64,000 nucleotides of DNA from Methanobacteriota archaeon (GCA_963787255.1 CAWBCJ010000025.1:160001-224000), one strand, 5' to 3'; numbered from the stretch's first letter, positions 34,233-43,868 are shown. Translations and numbers: made by a program. Notes: a model not told the origin generated them from the letters alone.

Positions 34233-34631
34233 CTATAAATATTTCTTTTTTATATTTTCAAATTCTTCTTCTGTGATTGCCCCAGCATCTAATAATTCTT
34301 TTGCTTTTTTTATTTCATCCATAGAACTAGGTTGATTTGACTTTCCAAGTTGTTCATTCCGAGTTTCTTTTAGTTTGTTTCTTAAAACTGTTACAAAAGC
34401 ATCGCCTTCGTTTTTGTTGATTCTTTCAACTTCAATTGTCATCCCTGAAGTTGATATTTCAAGATCTCCAAATAAAATACCTTTTTTAAAGTCTATACCT
34501 GTAATATCTTCATATTCTACAAATTGTTCTCCTTTGTTTCTTCCGATTAATCTTCCTGTCTTTTTAAGGCTTAGACCGTCCTTTTCAAGTTTTAATTCTA
34601 TTTTATTACCTTCATGATGTCCCACAACCAT
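34233..34631 (-). CDS. PH-like domain plus SHOCT-domain protein
   Basis: YEDITGIDFKKGILFGDLEI; C-terminal DEIKKAKELLDAGAITEEEFENIKKKYL. Confidence 0.8.
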   Translation of the reverse strand: MVVGHHEGNKIELKLEKDGLSLKKTGRLIGRNKGEQFVEYEDITGIDFKKGILFGDLEISTSGMTIEVERINKNEGDAFVTVLRNKLKETRNEQLGKSNQPSSMDEIKKAKELLDAGAITEEEFENIKKKYL

Positions 34632-34776
34632 ATTTTTCACTTCCTTTAATCTTTTTTTATGTGATAAATGAAATATTAATAGTTTATTATATCGCATAAT
34701 AAAAATAAATAATTATTTATATTCAATAAGAGATTTTTAATAATAAGTTTAATAGTAATTAAGTTGAGGTTTCAAA

Positions 34777-35298
34777 ATGGCTGAAAGTAAAAATGTTTTT
34801 ATAGGAATTCTAGCAATAATATTAGGTTTAATAATTATTATGTTCCCTTTAATCAGTGTTTTCACAGTTAGTGACATTGTAGGTATTGGAATAATATTTT
34901 TGGGAATCTGGCTCATTTTACACGGTTTTAAAATATGGGAAAAAAATTTAGCAGGAGCTGTAGCTGACTTAATACTAGCAGTTTTTGCTATAATATTTGG
35001 AATAGTGTTTATTGGAGATATAAAAGCATTTGAATTCTTTACATTTATAGCACTTTATATTGTCGGGTTCTTCATAGCATTAGCAGGTGTAACGTCATTA
35101 ATATCCGGTGAAAGTCTTAAAGAAAAAGCTATAGGAGCTTTAGGGATTATAATAGGCATTTTATTTGTAGTAATAGGGTCATATGTTAATAATCCATTAG
35201 TTTTAGCTGCATTAATCGGCGCTTTCTTAATAATAGCAGGCATACTTGAAATTTTCGATAAATTCGAGGAAATAAGTGCACCAATTACAGATAAATGA
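34777..35298 (+). CDS. DUF308/HdeD-like 6-TM membrane protein
   Basis: Three repeats of a G(I/L)..I..G helix-pair pattern (GILAIILGL, AVFAIIFGI, GALGIIIGI). Confidence 0.75.
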   Translation: MAESKNVFIGILAIILGLIIIMFPLISVFTVSDIVGIGIIFLGIWLILHGFKIWEKNLAGAVADLILAVFAIIFGIVFIGDIKAFEFFTFIALYIVGFFIALAGVTSLISGESLKEKAIGALGIIIGILFVVIGSYVNNPLVLAALIGAFLIIAGILEIFDKFEEISAPITDK

Positions 35299-35372
35299 AC
35301 AAATAATATAAAAATATTATGAAAATTTTTTTATAACCAAAGGAACTTAAAAAAAGGAAAAATGTTGATTAT

Positions 35373-36269
35373 ATGGTAAATTCGGATAAAGATAAACTTC
35401 CAAGCTGGAATGATGGATTAACTAAACAATCCATCATTAATTTTTTAAAATCCACTTCAACAAAGGGCCCGGAATATATTAAACCAGAAGACCGTATTGC
35501 AACGTTTGACAATGATGGTACACTTTGGGTTGAACAGCCAGCTCCTGTTCAGGTTGATTTTATGTTCCGTGCTTTCCTTAAGGCAACACGGGAAGATCCG
35601 TCTTTAGCAGATAAGCAACCATACAAAGCCATAATAGAGAAGGACAGGAATTATTTATCCCAAGTAGTAGAGCAACGTCCTGATACTGTCTTGGATCTAG
35701 AAAATGCTTTGGCCTGTGTATGGGGTGGGAAAACCCCTGATGAATTCGAAGAAGAAGTTAAAAAATTCATAAATACAGCCAAACAGGTAAAATACTCTGT
35801 TTATTACACTGATCTGGTTTATAGGCCCATGCTTGAACTTTTGGACTTATTAAGGACATATGAATACAGAATATTTGTGTGTGCCAGCGGTGATCGTGAT
35901 TTTATACGAGTAATAGCTGAGGAAGCATGGGGAATTTCCAAGGAGAATGTTATAGGAATGGCACCAGAGTTTGAGTACAAAAAAGGATCGCTTAAACGGA
36001 GGAATAAAGTCCTTGGGGGTATTTCATTGGGTCCCGGAAAGGTTGAACATATTTTTGCACGTACTGGACGTCTGCCGGTTTTTGCAGCAGGTAACAGTGA
36101 TGGAGATATAGAAATGCTGGATTGTGCAAAATTCAAACTTTTAGTAAAACACGATGATGCACAACGCGAGTATTCCTATGATAAAGGGGCAGAAAGAGCA
36201 CTTAATATAGCAAAGGATAAAGATTATAAAATTGTAAGTATAAAGAAAGATTGGAAAGAGATTTTTTAA
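35373..36269 (+). CDS. HAD-superfamily hydrolase (bacterial non-specific acid-phosphatase-like)
   Basis: LPSWNDG, IATFDNDGTLWVEQP, GPGK, AAGNSDGDIEML and HDDAQREY. Confidence 0.85.
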   Translation: MVNSDKDKLPSWNDGLTKQSIINFLKSTSTKGPEYIKPEDRIATFDNDGTLWVEQPAPVQVDFMFRAFLKATREDPSLADKQPYKAIIEKDRNYLSQVVEQRPDTVLDLENALACVWGGKTPDEFEEEVKKFINTAKQVKYSVYYTDLVYRPMLELLDLLRTYEYRIFVCASGDRDFIRVIAEEAWGISKENVIGMAPEFEYKKGSLKRRNKVLGGISLGPGKVEHIFARTGRLPVFAAGNSDGDIEMLDCAKFKLLVKHDDAQREYSYDKGAERALNIAKDKDYKIVSIKKDWKEIF

Positions 36270-36350
36270 GATTAAAACAGATATATCAACAATGTTTTTA
36301 AGTTTTTAATAATCGAATATGATCTAAATATAATATGGGGATGAAAAACA

Positions 36351-37139
36351 ATGAAAAGAAACCCTCAAGTAATTTTTGAAGCGTTATTATCTGTTTTGAT
36401 TATAGTTGACATTTTATTTTTGGGTTTAATGACTGTAGGGTTTACTGTAGGTATAAAAAATCTTTCAATTTTTAATATTGGCAGTTTCGATCTTATGGTT
36501 GCATTTTTGATACTGGTTGATTTCATACTTTTTAGAACTAAAAAAAGAAAATTAAGTAAAAGCAATTGGCAATTCATTAGAAATAATTGGGCTTATGTAG
36601 TTTCTATAATTCCAGTAGCTTTTATCTGCTTTAATATACTTGATTTATTTGAATTTACCATAATAATTGCTTTAATTGAAATTTTCAGGATATATGCCAT
36701 ATATAAAGTTCTTTTAATAATTTCCAGGGAAGTTCGTAAGTATCCTTCAAAAACAAAATTAGATTATGCTACATTCATTTTATTATTAGTTCTTTTAATT
36801 GGTTCATATCTTTTCTTTATCATTGAAAAGAGTGTTAACCCTGAAGTTCCAAGTTTTGAATCTGCAATGTGGTTCTCCATAGTGTCCATGACTACAACAG
36901 GCTATGGAGATATCACTCCAGTCACCTTTACCGGAAGAATAATTGCAGTAATCATAATTTTAACAGGTATGGGTTATCTTAGTCTGGTTACTGCTACATT
37001 GGCTTATTCTTTTATTGATTTGTTTAGAAAGGAGAGTCGTAAAGCTGGAGAAAGGTTAGAAAAAAGAGCTGCCAGTTATGAAGAAAAGGTTGATGATGTC
37101 ATGGCTAAACTGGATGAAATAGAGAAAAAACTGGATTAA
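36351..37139 (+). CDS. Potassium channel (6TM-like, C-terminal coiled coil, no RCK domain)
   Basis: Selectivity filter TTTGYGD, AMWFS pore helix, four N-terminal hydrophobic segments. Confidence 0.9.
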   Translation: MKRNPQVIFEALLSVLIIVDILFLGLMTVGFTVGIKNLSIFNIGSFDLMVAFLILVDFILFRTKKRKLSKSNWQFIRNNWAYVVSIIPVAFICFNILDLFEFTIIIALIEIFRIYAIYKVLLIISREVRKYPSKTKLDYATFILLLVLLIGSYLFFIIEKSVNPEVPSFESAMWFSIVSMTTTGYGDITPVTFTGRIIAVIIILTGMGYLSLVTATLAYSFIDLFRKESRKAGERLEKRAASYEEKVDDVMAKLDEIEKKLD

Positions 37140-37402
37140 AAAAAGAATCTGAAGAAATAGAATATTATAATTGGATTACATATACTATATTTTTTTTACA
37201 ATAAACTTTTAATTTATTGTATTACTTATAAAATGCAATACTATGAATTTTTATTTATAAAATTATTTGTTTTTTAGAAGTAAAATTTTATTATTTCTAG
37301 TATTAATAGCACATTTATATGAAATTAAGGATAAATATGAACATTATAAGATGAAATATTAAATTTTAAAAGCTGCACAGTAAAACTAAGGGGATTAATT
37401 GA

Positions 37403-38791
37403 ATGTTATCTGATAAAAAAAATTTAGATAAAATGAAAAAAGCAGAAAAAGAAGAAACTACCACCTATGGGAGCAGATATTTTGCTAAAAGCGTTCCTAA
37501 ATTTGAAATGCCTGAAGAAGGCATGCCTGCAAGAGCAGCATACCAAATTATTCATGATGAACTGAATCTAGACGGTAATCCTGCTTTAAATTTAGCGAGC
37601 TTTGTTACTACCTGGATGGAGCCAGAAGCAGACATGCTCATTAAAGAAAGTATGGATAAAAACTTTGTAGATAACGACGAATACCCTCAAACAGAAAAAA
37701 TACAGACCAGGGTAATTAACATGCTGGCCCGACTATTCAATTCTCCAGAAAATTGTTATTCCATTGGAACAGGAACCATTGGTTCATCTGAAGCCATTAT
37801 GTTAGGTCTTTTAGCCCATAAATGGACCTGGAAAAAAAGGAGACAAGCAGAAGGCAAACCGTATAACAATCCAAATATTGTTATGGGAGCGGATGTCCAT
37901 ACAGTTTGGGAGAAGTTTGCACTATATTTTGATGTAGAATTGAAGCTCATACCCCTAAAAGAAGATAATTACATAATATCTGCAGAAGATGTTGCAGCTG
38001 AAGTGGATGAAAATACTATAGCTGTAGGAGTGGTTGTTGGAACTACATTTACAGGACAAATGGATCCTATAAGCGAAATAAATGATGCATTAATTGAAAT
38101 AAAAAAAGATAAAGGCATTGACATACCTATACACGTTGATGGTGCAAGCGGAGGATTTGTATTACCATTCCTACTTCCTGATCTTGAATGGGATTTCAGA
38201 CTTGAGCAAGTAAGATCAATAAATGTTTCCGGACATAAATACGGTCTTGTTTATCCAGGAATCGGATGGTTAATATTTAAAGATAAAACAGACCTTCCTG
38301 AAGATCTTATATTTAATATAAATTATTTGGGAGGTACAATGCCTAATTATTCATTGAACTTCTCCAAGGGTAGCAGTACCATAATAGCACAATATTACAA
38401 CTTTATACGGCTTGGTTTTAAGGGTTATCGAGATATTATGAAAAATATGTCAGAAAATGCTAAATATCTTGCAGATAAACTCCAAAAAAGCGGTAAATTT
38501 GAAATCATCAACAAGGATGTTATGTTTCCTTTAATTTCTGTAAAATTAAAAAACTGTAATTTTACCGCATTCCAACTATCAGAAAAGCTCAGAGAGAAAG
38601 GATGGATAATACCAGCATACACCCTCCCACCAAATGCAGATGACGTCACTGTTTTGCGAATGGTCATTAAAGAAAGTTTCAGCAGAGATATGGTAGATAT
38701 GCTATTTGATGATTTAATGGAAGGATGTGAACTCCTAGATAAGTTAAATGAAAAACCAGTGGAAAAAGAAAGCCATTCATTACTTTATTAG
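37403..38791 (+). CDS. gadB: PLP-dependent glutamate decarboxylase (GadA/B type)
   Basis: [41 protein letters not shown] and [18 protein letters not shown]. Confidence 0.92.
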   Translation: MLSDKKNLDKMKKAEKEETTTYGSRYFAKSVPKFEMPEEGMPARAAYQIIHDELNLDGNPALNLASFVTTWMEPEADMLIKESMDKNFVDNDEYPQTEKIQTRVINMLARLFNSPENCYSIGTGTIGSSEAIMLGLLAHKWTWKKRRQAEGKPYNNPNIVMGADVHTVWEKFALYFDVELKLIPLKEDNYIISAEDVAAEVDENTIAVGVVVGTTFTGQMDPISEINDALIEIKKDKGIDIPIHVDGASGGFVLPFLLPDLEWDFRLEQVRSINVSGHKYGLVYPGIGWLIFKDKTDLPEDLIFNINYLGGTMPNYSLNFSKGSSTIIAQYYNFIRLGFKGYRDIMKNMSENAKYLADKLQKSGKFEIINKDVMFPLISVKLKNCNFTAFQLSEKLREKGWIIPAYTLPPNADDVTVLRMVIKESFSRDMVDMLFDDLMEGCELLDKLNEKPVEKESHSLLY

Positions 38792-38838
38792 GCCATTTTT
38801 TTGGGGGCATAAACGATAAAAAAAAGGAGATATGAATC

Positions 38839-39186
38839 ATGAAAAAAATTGCAGGTATAATAACCGTCCTCCTAGTTTTTGTAGTTTTTACATCAGGATG
38901 TACAAGCAATAACAACACAAGTGGAAGCAGCTCAAATGTGACAGTGCAGATTATTTCTAATAACGCATGGGCTGGTGATATTTCTTATACCAATGGAGAC
39001 ATGCAGATAAATGGAACAGGAAATGCTACTTATAATTTAGGCACAAATCCAGGTCATTTAGTAGTAGGTCTACAGAATACAGGTAATGGAAATCTAACAG
39101 TTCAACTACTTCAAGGTGGAAATATAGTTGAAATCCAAACTACTTCCCAAAACAATGGGTTTGTAAAATTAGATCACAAATTCTAA
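38839..39186 (+). CDS. Putative lipoprotein (lipobox TSGC)
   Basis: MKK, hydrophobic stretch, FTSGC, then a beta-rich domain; AAGGAG upstream. Confidence 0.7.
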   Translation: MKKIAGIITVLLVFVVFTSGCTSNNNTSGSSSNVTVQIISNNAWAGDISYTNGDMQINGTGNATYNLGTNPGHLVVGLQNTGNGNLTVQLLQGGNIVEIQTTSQNNGFVKLDHKF

Positions 39187-39195
39187 CTTTCTTTT

Positions 39196-39375
39196 TTATT
39201 TTTCTTTATAATCAATACTTTCTGGTAGAAGAGATAGTGCTGCATTAAAAAAGCATATTGCTCCAACAAATGTTCATAAATTGACCATCAATTCATTTTT
39301 TGGAAGACTTATTGCTGGAAGAACATATGCAGATACAGATGAAGTATACCAAAAGTCACTGATCTCACTGGCTTC
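39196..39375 (-). pseudogene. Remnant of a polytopic membrane protein (YrhK-like C-terminus)
   Basis: One frame reads TSSVSAYVLPAISLPKNELMVNL*TFVGAICFFNAALSLLPESIDYKEK*, with an internal TGA and no start; family call is by recall. Confidence 0.4.
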
Positions 39376-39594
39376 TTATTTTGCTCTATACGATTATCAA
39401 TCAATCTTACTTGCCCTTTTCCGTTTTGATGTTATTGTGTTTCTCTTTTGGGTGTTTTTATGAATCTGCAGTTGGCTTCCTCAATTGCTTCTCCGAAGTG
39501 TTTTTCTCTATTTATGATAATTTTATGAGTTTTTCAATAGTTTTAAATAACAGTTATTATAATATCTTGAAAATTAGGAAGATTTAATAATTAA

Positions 39595-39638
39595 CCGGAA
39601 GGTTTTTATAAAAAATTTCCGGCGAAAGTATTATATAA
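39595..39638. promoter_or_regulatory. Palindromic BRE/TATA element plus a second BRE/TATA upstream of trkH
   Basis: CCGGAAGGTTTTTATAAAAAATTTCCGG (39595-39622, 12 of 14 positions symmetric), then CGAAAG-TATTATATAA (39623-39638). Confidence 0.6.
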
Positions 39639-39758
39639 GTGTTCAATCTATTAATACAAGGTTAAAATAGTTTATAATGCCATTATAACCGTCTATAGCT
39701 CATATTTAGCTTATAATGGTTTCTTGTCCCTATATAATGGGGAGGATGGGGTGTTTAG

Positions 39759-41243
39759 ATGCAACGTATGCATAGGTTAAGTAGAAGAGAAGCGAAAACT
39801 ATATTGCATTTTACAGGGAATACATTAATGCTTCTAGCAGTTGCAATTCTTATTCCAATTATTATTGCATTTATATATAATGAACCACGATATATAGCTC
39901 CATTTTTATATTCAGCAATTATAAGTGCTGCAATTGGGTTTTCTCTTGTTAAGTTATTCAAAGTTGAAATGAAAATGACGCTTAAAAGTGCGATGATCTT
40001 TTCAACCATTATTTGGCTGATTGCATGCGCAATAGGTGCTCTTCCATACTATTTTGCAGGAGAATTATCTTATCTTAATGCTTATTTTGAAGCCATGTCC
40101 GGTTTTACAACTACTGGTTTCAGTATGTATTCCAATTTAGATGCCGTTTCCTTTACAATGAATTTCTGGAGGGCGTTTACACAATGGATTGGAGGTCTTG
40201 GTATTATATTCCTCCTTCTGGCACTTTTAAGGTCTACTGGTGCTGATGTAATGCGTCTTTATCTTGCAGAAGGCAGAGAAGAGCGATTAAGACCAAGTAT
40301 AAAACATTCCACAAGAATCATAGTTTATATATACCTCTTTTTTACTGCAATAGCAATATCTCTATTCTTACTTTCAGGAATGCCTGTTTTTGATTCTGTA
40401 TTCCATGCATTCACTGCCCTATCTACAGGTGGGTTCGGAATGCATAATACCAGCCTTTTATTCTACAATAGCGTCTGGATAGAAATAGCAGCCATGATTG
40501 TGATGATGATTGGTGCTACAAATTTCGCACTACACTTTACAGTCCTTAAAGGAAACTGGAAAGAATATTTCAAAGATATAGAGACAAAAGTAGCATTTTC
40601 ACTAATTATAATCTCAACAATTCTCGTTACATTTGTTTTATATAACAACCAAGTCTATGGAAATGATTTACTACTTAACTTTAGATATGCTCTATTCCAG
40701 ATGGTTTCTGCTATAACCACTACAGGCCTACAAACAGCGTTCTATCCCGATTTACTGGCTAAATGGATTGGTCTTGGTACTTTCTTCCTCACCATACTCA
40801 TGATAATAGGTGCAGGTTCACTATCTACTGGTGGTGGTATCAAGTGGCTCAGATTCGGTGTTCTTTTAAAAGGAATATCCTGGCAGGTCACATCATTCAT
40901 ATTGCCGGGTAAGGCCGTAATGGCTAAAAAAATCCATCATGTTACAGAATTAAAAATTACAGATGATATTTTAAGGATAACTGGAGCATTCGTATTTACA
41001 TACTTTGTAATATACATAATAAGTGTGATTATAGTCTTGATATACTATCCTGACATATCTAGAGTAATATTTGAAGTAGCCTCCGGTTTAAGTAATGTGG
41101 GACTTGGTTCAGGTATAATTACACCTGATTCTCCAGTATTGGTAAAAATAGTTTTCATTGTGGACTTCTGGATGGGTAGGCTTGAAATATGGCCAGTATT
41201 GCTTCTTATAGCCATTACTATTAATAATATTGTCCGAAGATGA
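39759..41243 (+). CDS. trkH: TrkH-family potassium uptake protein
   Basis: FEAMSGFTTTG, QWIGGLG, LSTGGF, STGGGIK, SNVGLG and WMGRLEIWP. Confidence 0.93.
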   Translation: MQRMHRLSRREAKTILHFTGNTLMLLAVAILIPIIIAFIYNEPRYIAPFLYSAIISAAIGFSLVKLFKVEMKMTLKSAMIFSTIIWLIACAIGALPYYFAGELSYLNAYFEAMSGFTTTGFSMYSNLDAVSFTMNFWRAFTQWIGGLGIIFLLLALLRSTGADVMRLYLAEGREERLRPSIKHSTRIIVYIYLFFTAIAISLFLLSGMPVFDSVFHAFTALSTGGFGMHNTSLLFYNSVWIEIAAMIVMMIGATNFALHFTVLKGNWKEYFKDIETKVAFSLIIISTILVTFVLYNNQVYGNDLLLNFRYALFQMVSAITTTGLQTAFYPDLLAKWIGLGTFFLTILMIIGAGSLSTGGGIKWLRFGVLLKGISWQVTSFILPGKAVMAKKIHHVTELKITDDILRITGAFVFTYFVIYIISVIIVLIYYPDISRVIFEVASGLSNVGLGSGIITPDSPVLVKIVFIVDFWMGRLEIWPVLLLIAITINNIVRR

Positions 41244-41343
41244 TGTAATTTTTTTAAAAATTTTTTAGAATAAGTTTCAAATAAATAATTGTTAATTGCC
41301 ACCCATATCAATAGAGAACATCTTACGGGGAATTATAAGTCAC

Positions 41344-41967
41344 CTACTGGTCATGATAACATGGAATACAGAAATAATCTTCATCTATTTTTTTTACTCT
41401 ATGTTTTGAAACCATTTCACCGCATTTTCGACATTTAACAGATTTAAATATCCTTGCTTTTTCAGGTATTTCGGCTTTAACATGTTCAACATTAAATATC
41501 TGATCCGGGGAGAGATTAATAATTTCATTTGAGACTTTAACAATAATTTTCTTTAAATCTTCCTTTTCAGATTCACTGGCATCTCCAGATTTTACCCTTT
41601 CTCGAAGTTTACTTAAGTTTGGGTCAATATTATCAATGCTAAATGAATTTTTCATTGATATACGCACTGAATCTTCAGTTTCACGATTTATAAACGTATA
41701 ATCTTGTTTTCCAAAGTCTTGAAATACCAAATTACCTTTACCAAAGGTACAGCCAGTAAGTACCTGTATTGCATCAACAGCGCATGTATCATTTTCCGTA
41801 ATACAGACAAGTTCTTCATCAACAGTTTTTTTAGATGATAGTTCTTTAATTGCGATTTCTGCAGCTTTGTATCCAATTGCGGATCCTGGACACACATGAC
41901 CATGAAACTCAGTTACATCTGAAAATGGCTTAATTTTATAATTTGAATTATTGGTTGTGCTTTTCAT
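41344..41967 (-). CDS. FmdE-family protein with C-terminal zinc finger
   Basis: FHGHVCPG, ENDTCAVDAIQ..TGCTFGKGN, CRKCGE..CIPC. Confidence 0.9.
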   Translation of the reverse strand: MKSTTNNSNYKIKPFSDVTEFHGHVCPGSAIGYKAAEIAIKELSSKKTVDEELVCITENDTCAVDAIQVLTGCTFGKGNLVFQDFGKQDYTFINRETEDSVRISMKNSFSIDNIDPNLSKLRERVKSGDASESEKEDLKKIIVKVSNEIINLSPDQIFNVEHVKAEIPEKARIFKSVKCRKCGEMVSKHRVKKIDEDYFCIPCYHDQ

Positions 41968-42030
41968 ATTATATTACTACATTTTTATTGATTTATATTG
42001 ATTTTGTTATTTAATCATTAAATTATAATG

Positions 42031-42507
42031 TTACCAATTAATTAATAACAAAAATAGAAGTATTATCCATGTTCCAGCTACATAAAGAGTTCCAGGTATC
42101 ATATGTGCCCTAAATTCGTTTCGTTTATCATCTAAAACTTCATTTCTTTCTTTTTTTGATAAAAACTTTTCAGGAGAGAGGTATAAAAATGCCTCAAAAA
42201 TTCGGTAATATCCAAAATCAAAAAAAGCAAGTAAACCAACTAAAACTATATTAGTGACACCTAAGAGGCTTGGATTAAATGGAGTTTCATTCATTCCCAG
42301 TAAAACATAGAAAATAGCGAAATTTAAAAGTGGAAAAATATGTAAAACTGTCCAAGATAATAATAATCTTCTAAGAGCATAAATTCTTCCTTTCCATACT
42401 TTGTAAGTGTCATAAGGATTATAATTACGGTTAGCCCTATCAATTATTAAAGTAAAATAAATTGCAAATATTAAAATAAATAATTGTTGAGCTTCAGTTA
42501 CAGGCAT
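42031..42507 (-). CDS. Hypothetical 4-TM membrane protein
   Basis: Four hydrophobic segments; ATG at 42507 follows AAGGGA. Confidence 0.6.
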   Translation of the reverse strand: MPVTEAQQLFILIFAIYFTLIIDRANRNYNPYDTYKVWKGRIYALRRLLLSWTVLHIFPLLNFAIFYVLLGMNETPFNPSLLGVTNIVLVGLLAFFDFGYYRIFEAFLYLSPEKFLSKKERNEVLDDKRNEFRAHMIPGTLYVAGTWIILLFLLLINW

Positions 42508-42687
42508 ATTATAGATTCCCTTTTTTTTGTATGGTCTTATAAAAATCAATATAATATTTTTTAAATTAAAAGTAATAAGTTTAATTATTTATATTATTCT
42601 ATTAAACATAAAAATATCTAATTAACTGCACTCTTATGTAATTAGCCAATAATAATTTAAAATGAATAATTTAAGGAGGAGATATAA

Positions 42688-43104
42688 TTGGAATATGCTT
42701 TTCACGCTAAAGGACACCCTAACGTTACATCAGCCCATAAATCAACCTTCGAGGTAACAATGGATAAAGAGATCGGAATAAAAGCTGACTGCATTGTAGG
42801 AGTTTCATCAGAAGCTAAACTAGAAGAATTACCTAATAAACTTCAAGAAGCAATAAAAAACGAAAATAATATTATAAAAGTCCAACTTGAAACAGAAAAT
42901 GCCTTTGATGAAATTACGGGATATGGTCATCCGGAATTAACACTGAATCATCCAACAGATATGGTCTGCAGAAAAAGCGAATTTAAATGCAGTAGAACAT
43001 TGATGATAAAATCAGATAAAGCTGCAATAGACCTTAAAAAAGAATTAATTGATGATTTAAAAAAAGGAAAAGATTTAAAAGTAAAAATAATTGTAATAAA
43101 TTAA
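42688..43104 (+). CDS. DUF371-family protein
   Basis: AKGHPNVTSAHKSTFE, DCIVGV, VCRKS and SDKAA. Confidence 0.9.
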   Translation: MEYAFHAKGHPNVTSAHKSTFEVTMDKEIGIKADCIVGVSSEAKLEELPNKLQEAIKNENNIIKVQLETENAFDEITGYGHPELTLNHPTDMVCRKSEFKCSRTLMIKSDKAAIDLKKELIDDLKKGKDLKVKIIVIN

Positions 43105-43118
43105 CGGAGTAATCTTAT

Positions 43119-43199
43119 ATGAGTATAGAAGGAGCAATAATTGGAGCAGTGGCCGGTGCACTTTTTGTTTTAGTATTAGCCAAAATCTTAAATAGGTGA
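43119..43199 (+). CDS. Single-TM micropeptide, 26 aa (not in ORF track)
   Basis: MSIEGAIIGAVAGALFVLVLAKILNR*; GGAG upstream; its stop lies inside the AGGTGA SD of the next gene. Confidence 0.55.
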   Translation: MSIEGAIIGAVAGALFVLVLAKILNR

Positions 43200-43203
43200 T
43201 AAA

Positions 43204-43515
43204 TTGGATGCTATTTACGAAAAGGTAAAGTTATTCATTGAAGATAATGGTGATAATTATCATTTGTGCGAGATAGAGGATTTATTAGGCATTAATGAAG
43301 AAACACTTTTAGAAATATTAAGAGAACTTAAAAAAGACAACATAATAACAGAAGATCATTATTTTGAAACAGGTTGTTTAAACAACAAAATCTGTTCTGA
43401 TTGCTTTGAACCTATGGAACACGAGGATACAGAGCTTAAGGAAACTCCTGAAGGGGAAATTCATTATAAACATGTATATAGATGCCATAAATGCATGAAG
43501 AAAGAGTATTATTAG
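43204..43515 (+). CDS. Hypothetical HTH-like plus zinc-ribbon protein
   Basis: EIEDLLGINEETLLEILRELKKDNII; CSDC and CHKC. Confidence 0.65.
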   Translation: MDAIYEKVKLFIEDNGDNYHLCEIEDLLGINEETLLEILRELKKDNIITEDHYFETGCLNNKICSDCFEPMEHEDTELKETPEGEIHYKHVYRCHKCMKKEYY

Positions 43516-43635
43516 TTTTAAATTGCAATTATACGTTTAAATAAAAATAGTACTAATTATAGCAATGCAATTTTTTAAGTTTTTGGTTCCAGAAAAATAA
43601 GTTTTCTAGGGACTTTTTCATAGAAAAAGATAGGA

Positions 43636-43720
<85 letters not shown>

Positions 43721-43868
43721 TTATTCAAATGTTAAAAGTAACATTAGAACATACCATAGTTTTTCTGTTTACATATTTAAATGTTTTCATTTATCTGACA
43801 CTGTTTTCACACATTAAATCAAAATTTGAATACAAAAATTGAATAAAACTAAATAATAGAGCTTTAAA

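Noticed and set aside
39300-39500. Sirtuin-like remnant
   Set aside because: The continuous frame fits a hydrophobic membrane-protein tail better, and no Sir2 catalytic motifs are present
39660-39760. c-di-AMP (ydaO) or other known riboswitch upstream of trkH
   Set aside because: Consensus elements were not recognised; kept only as an unclassified candidate
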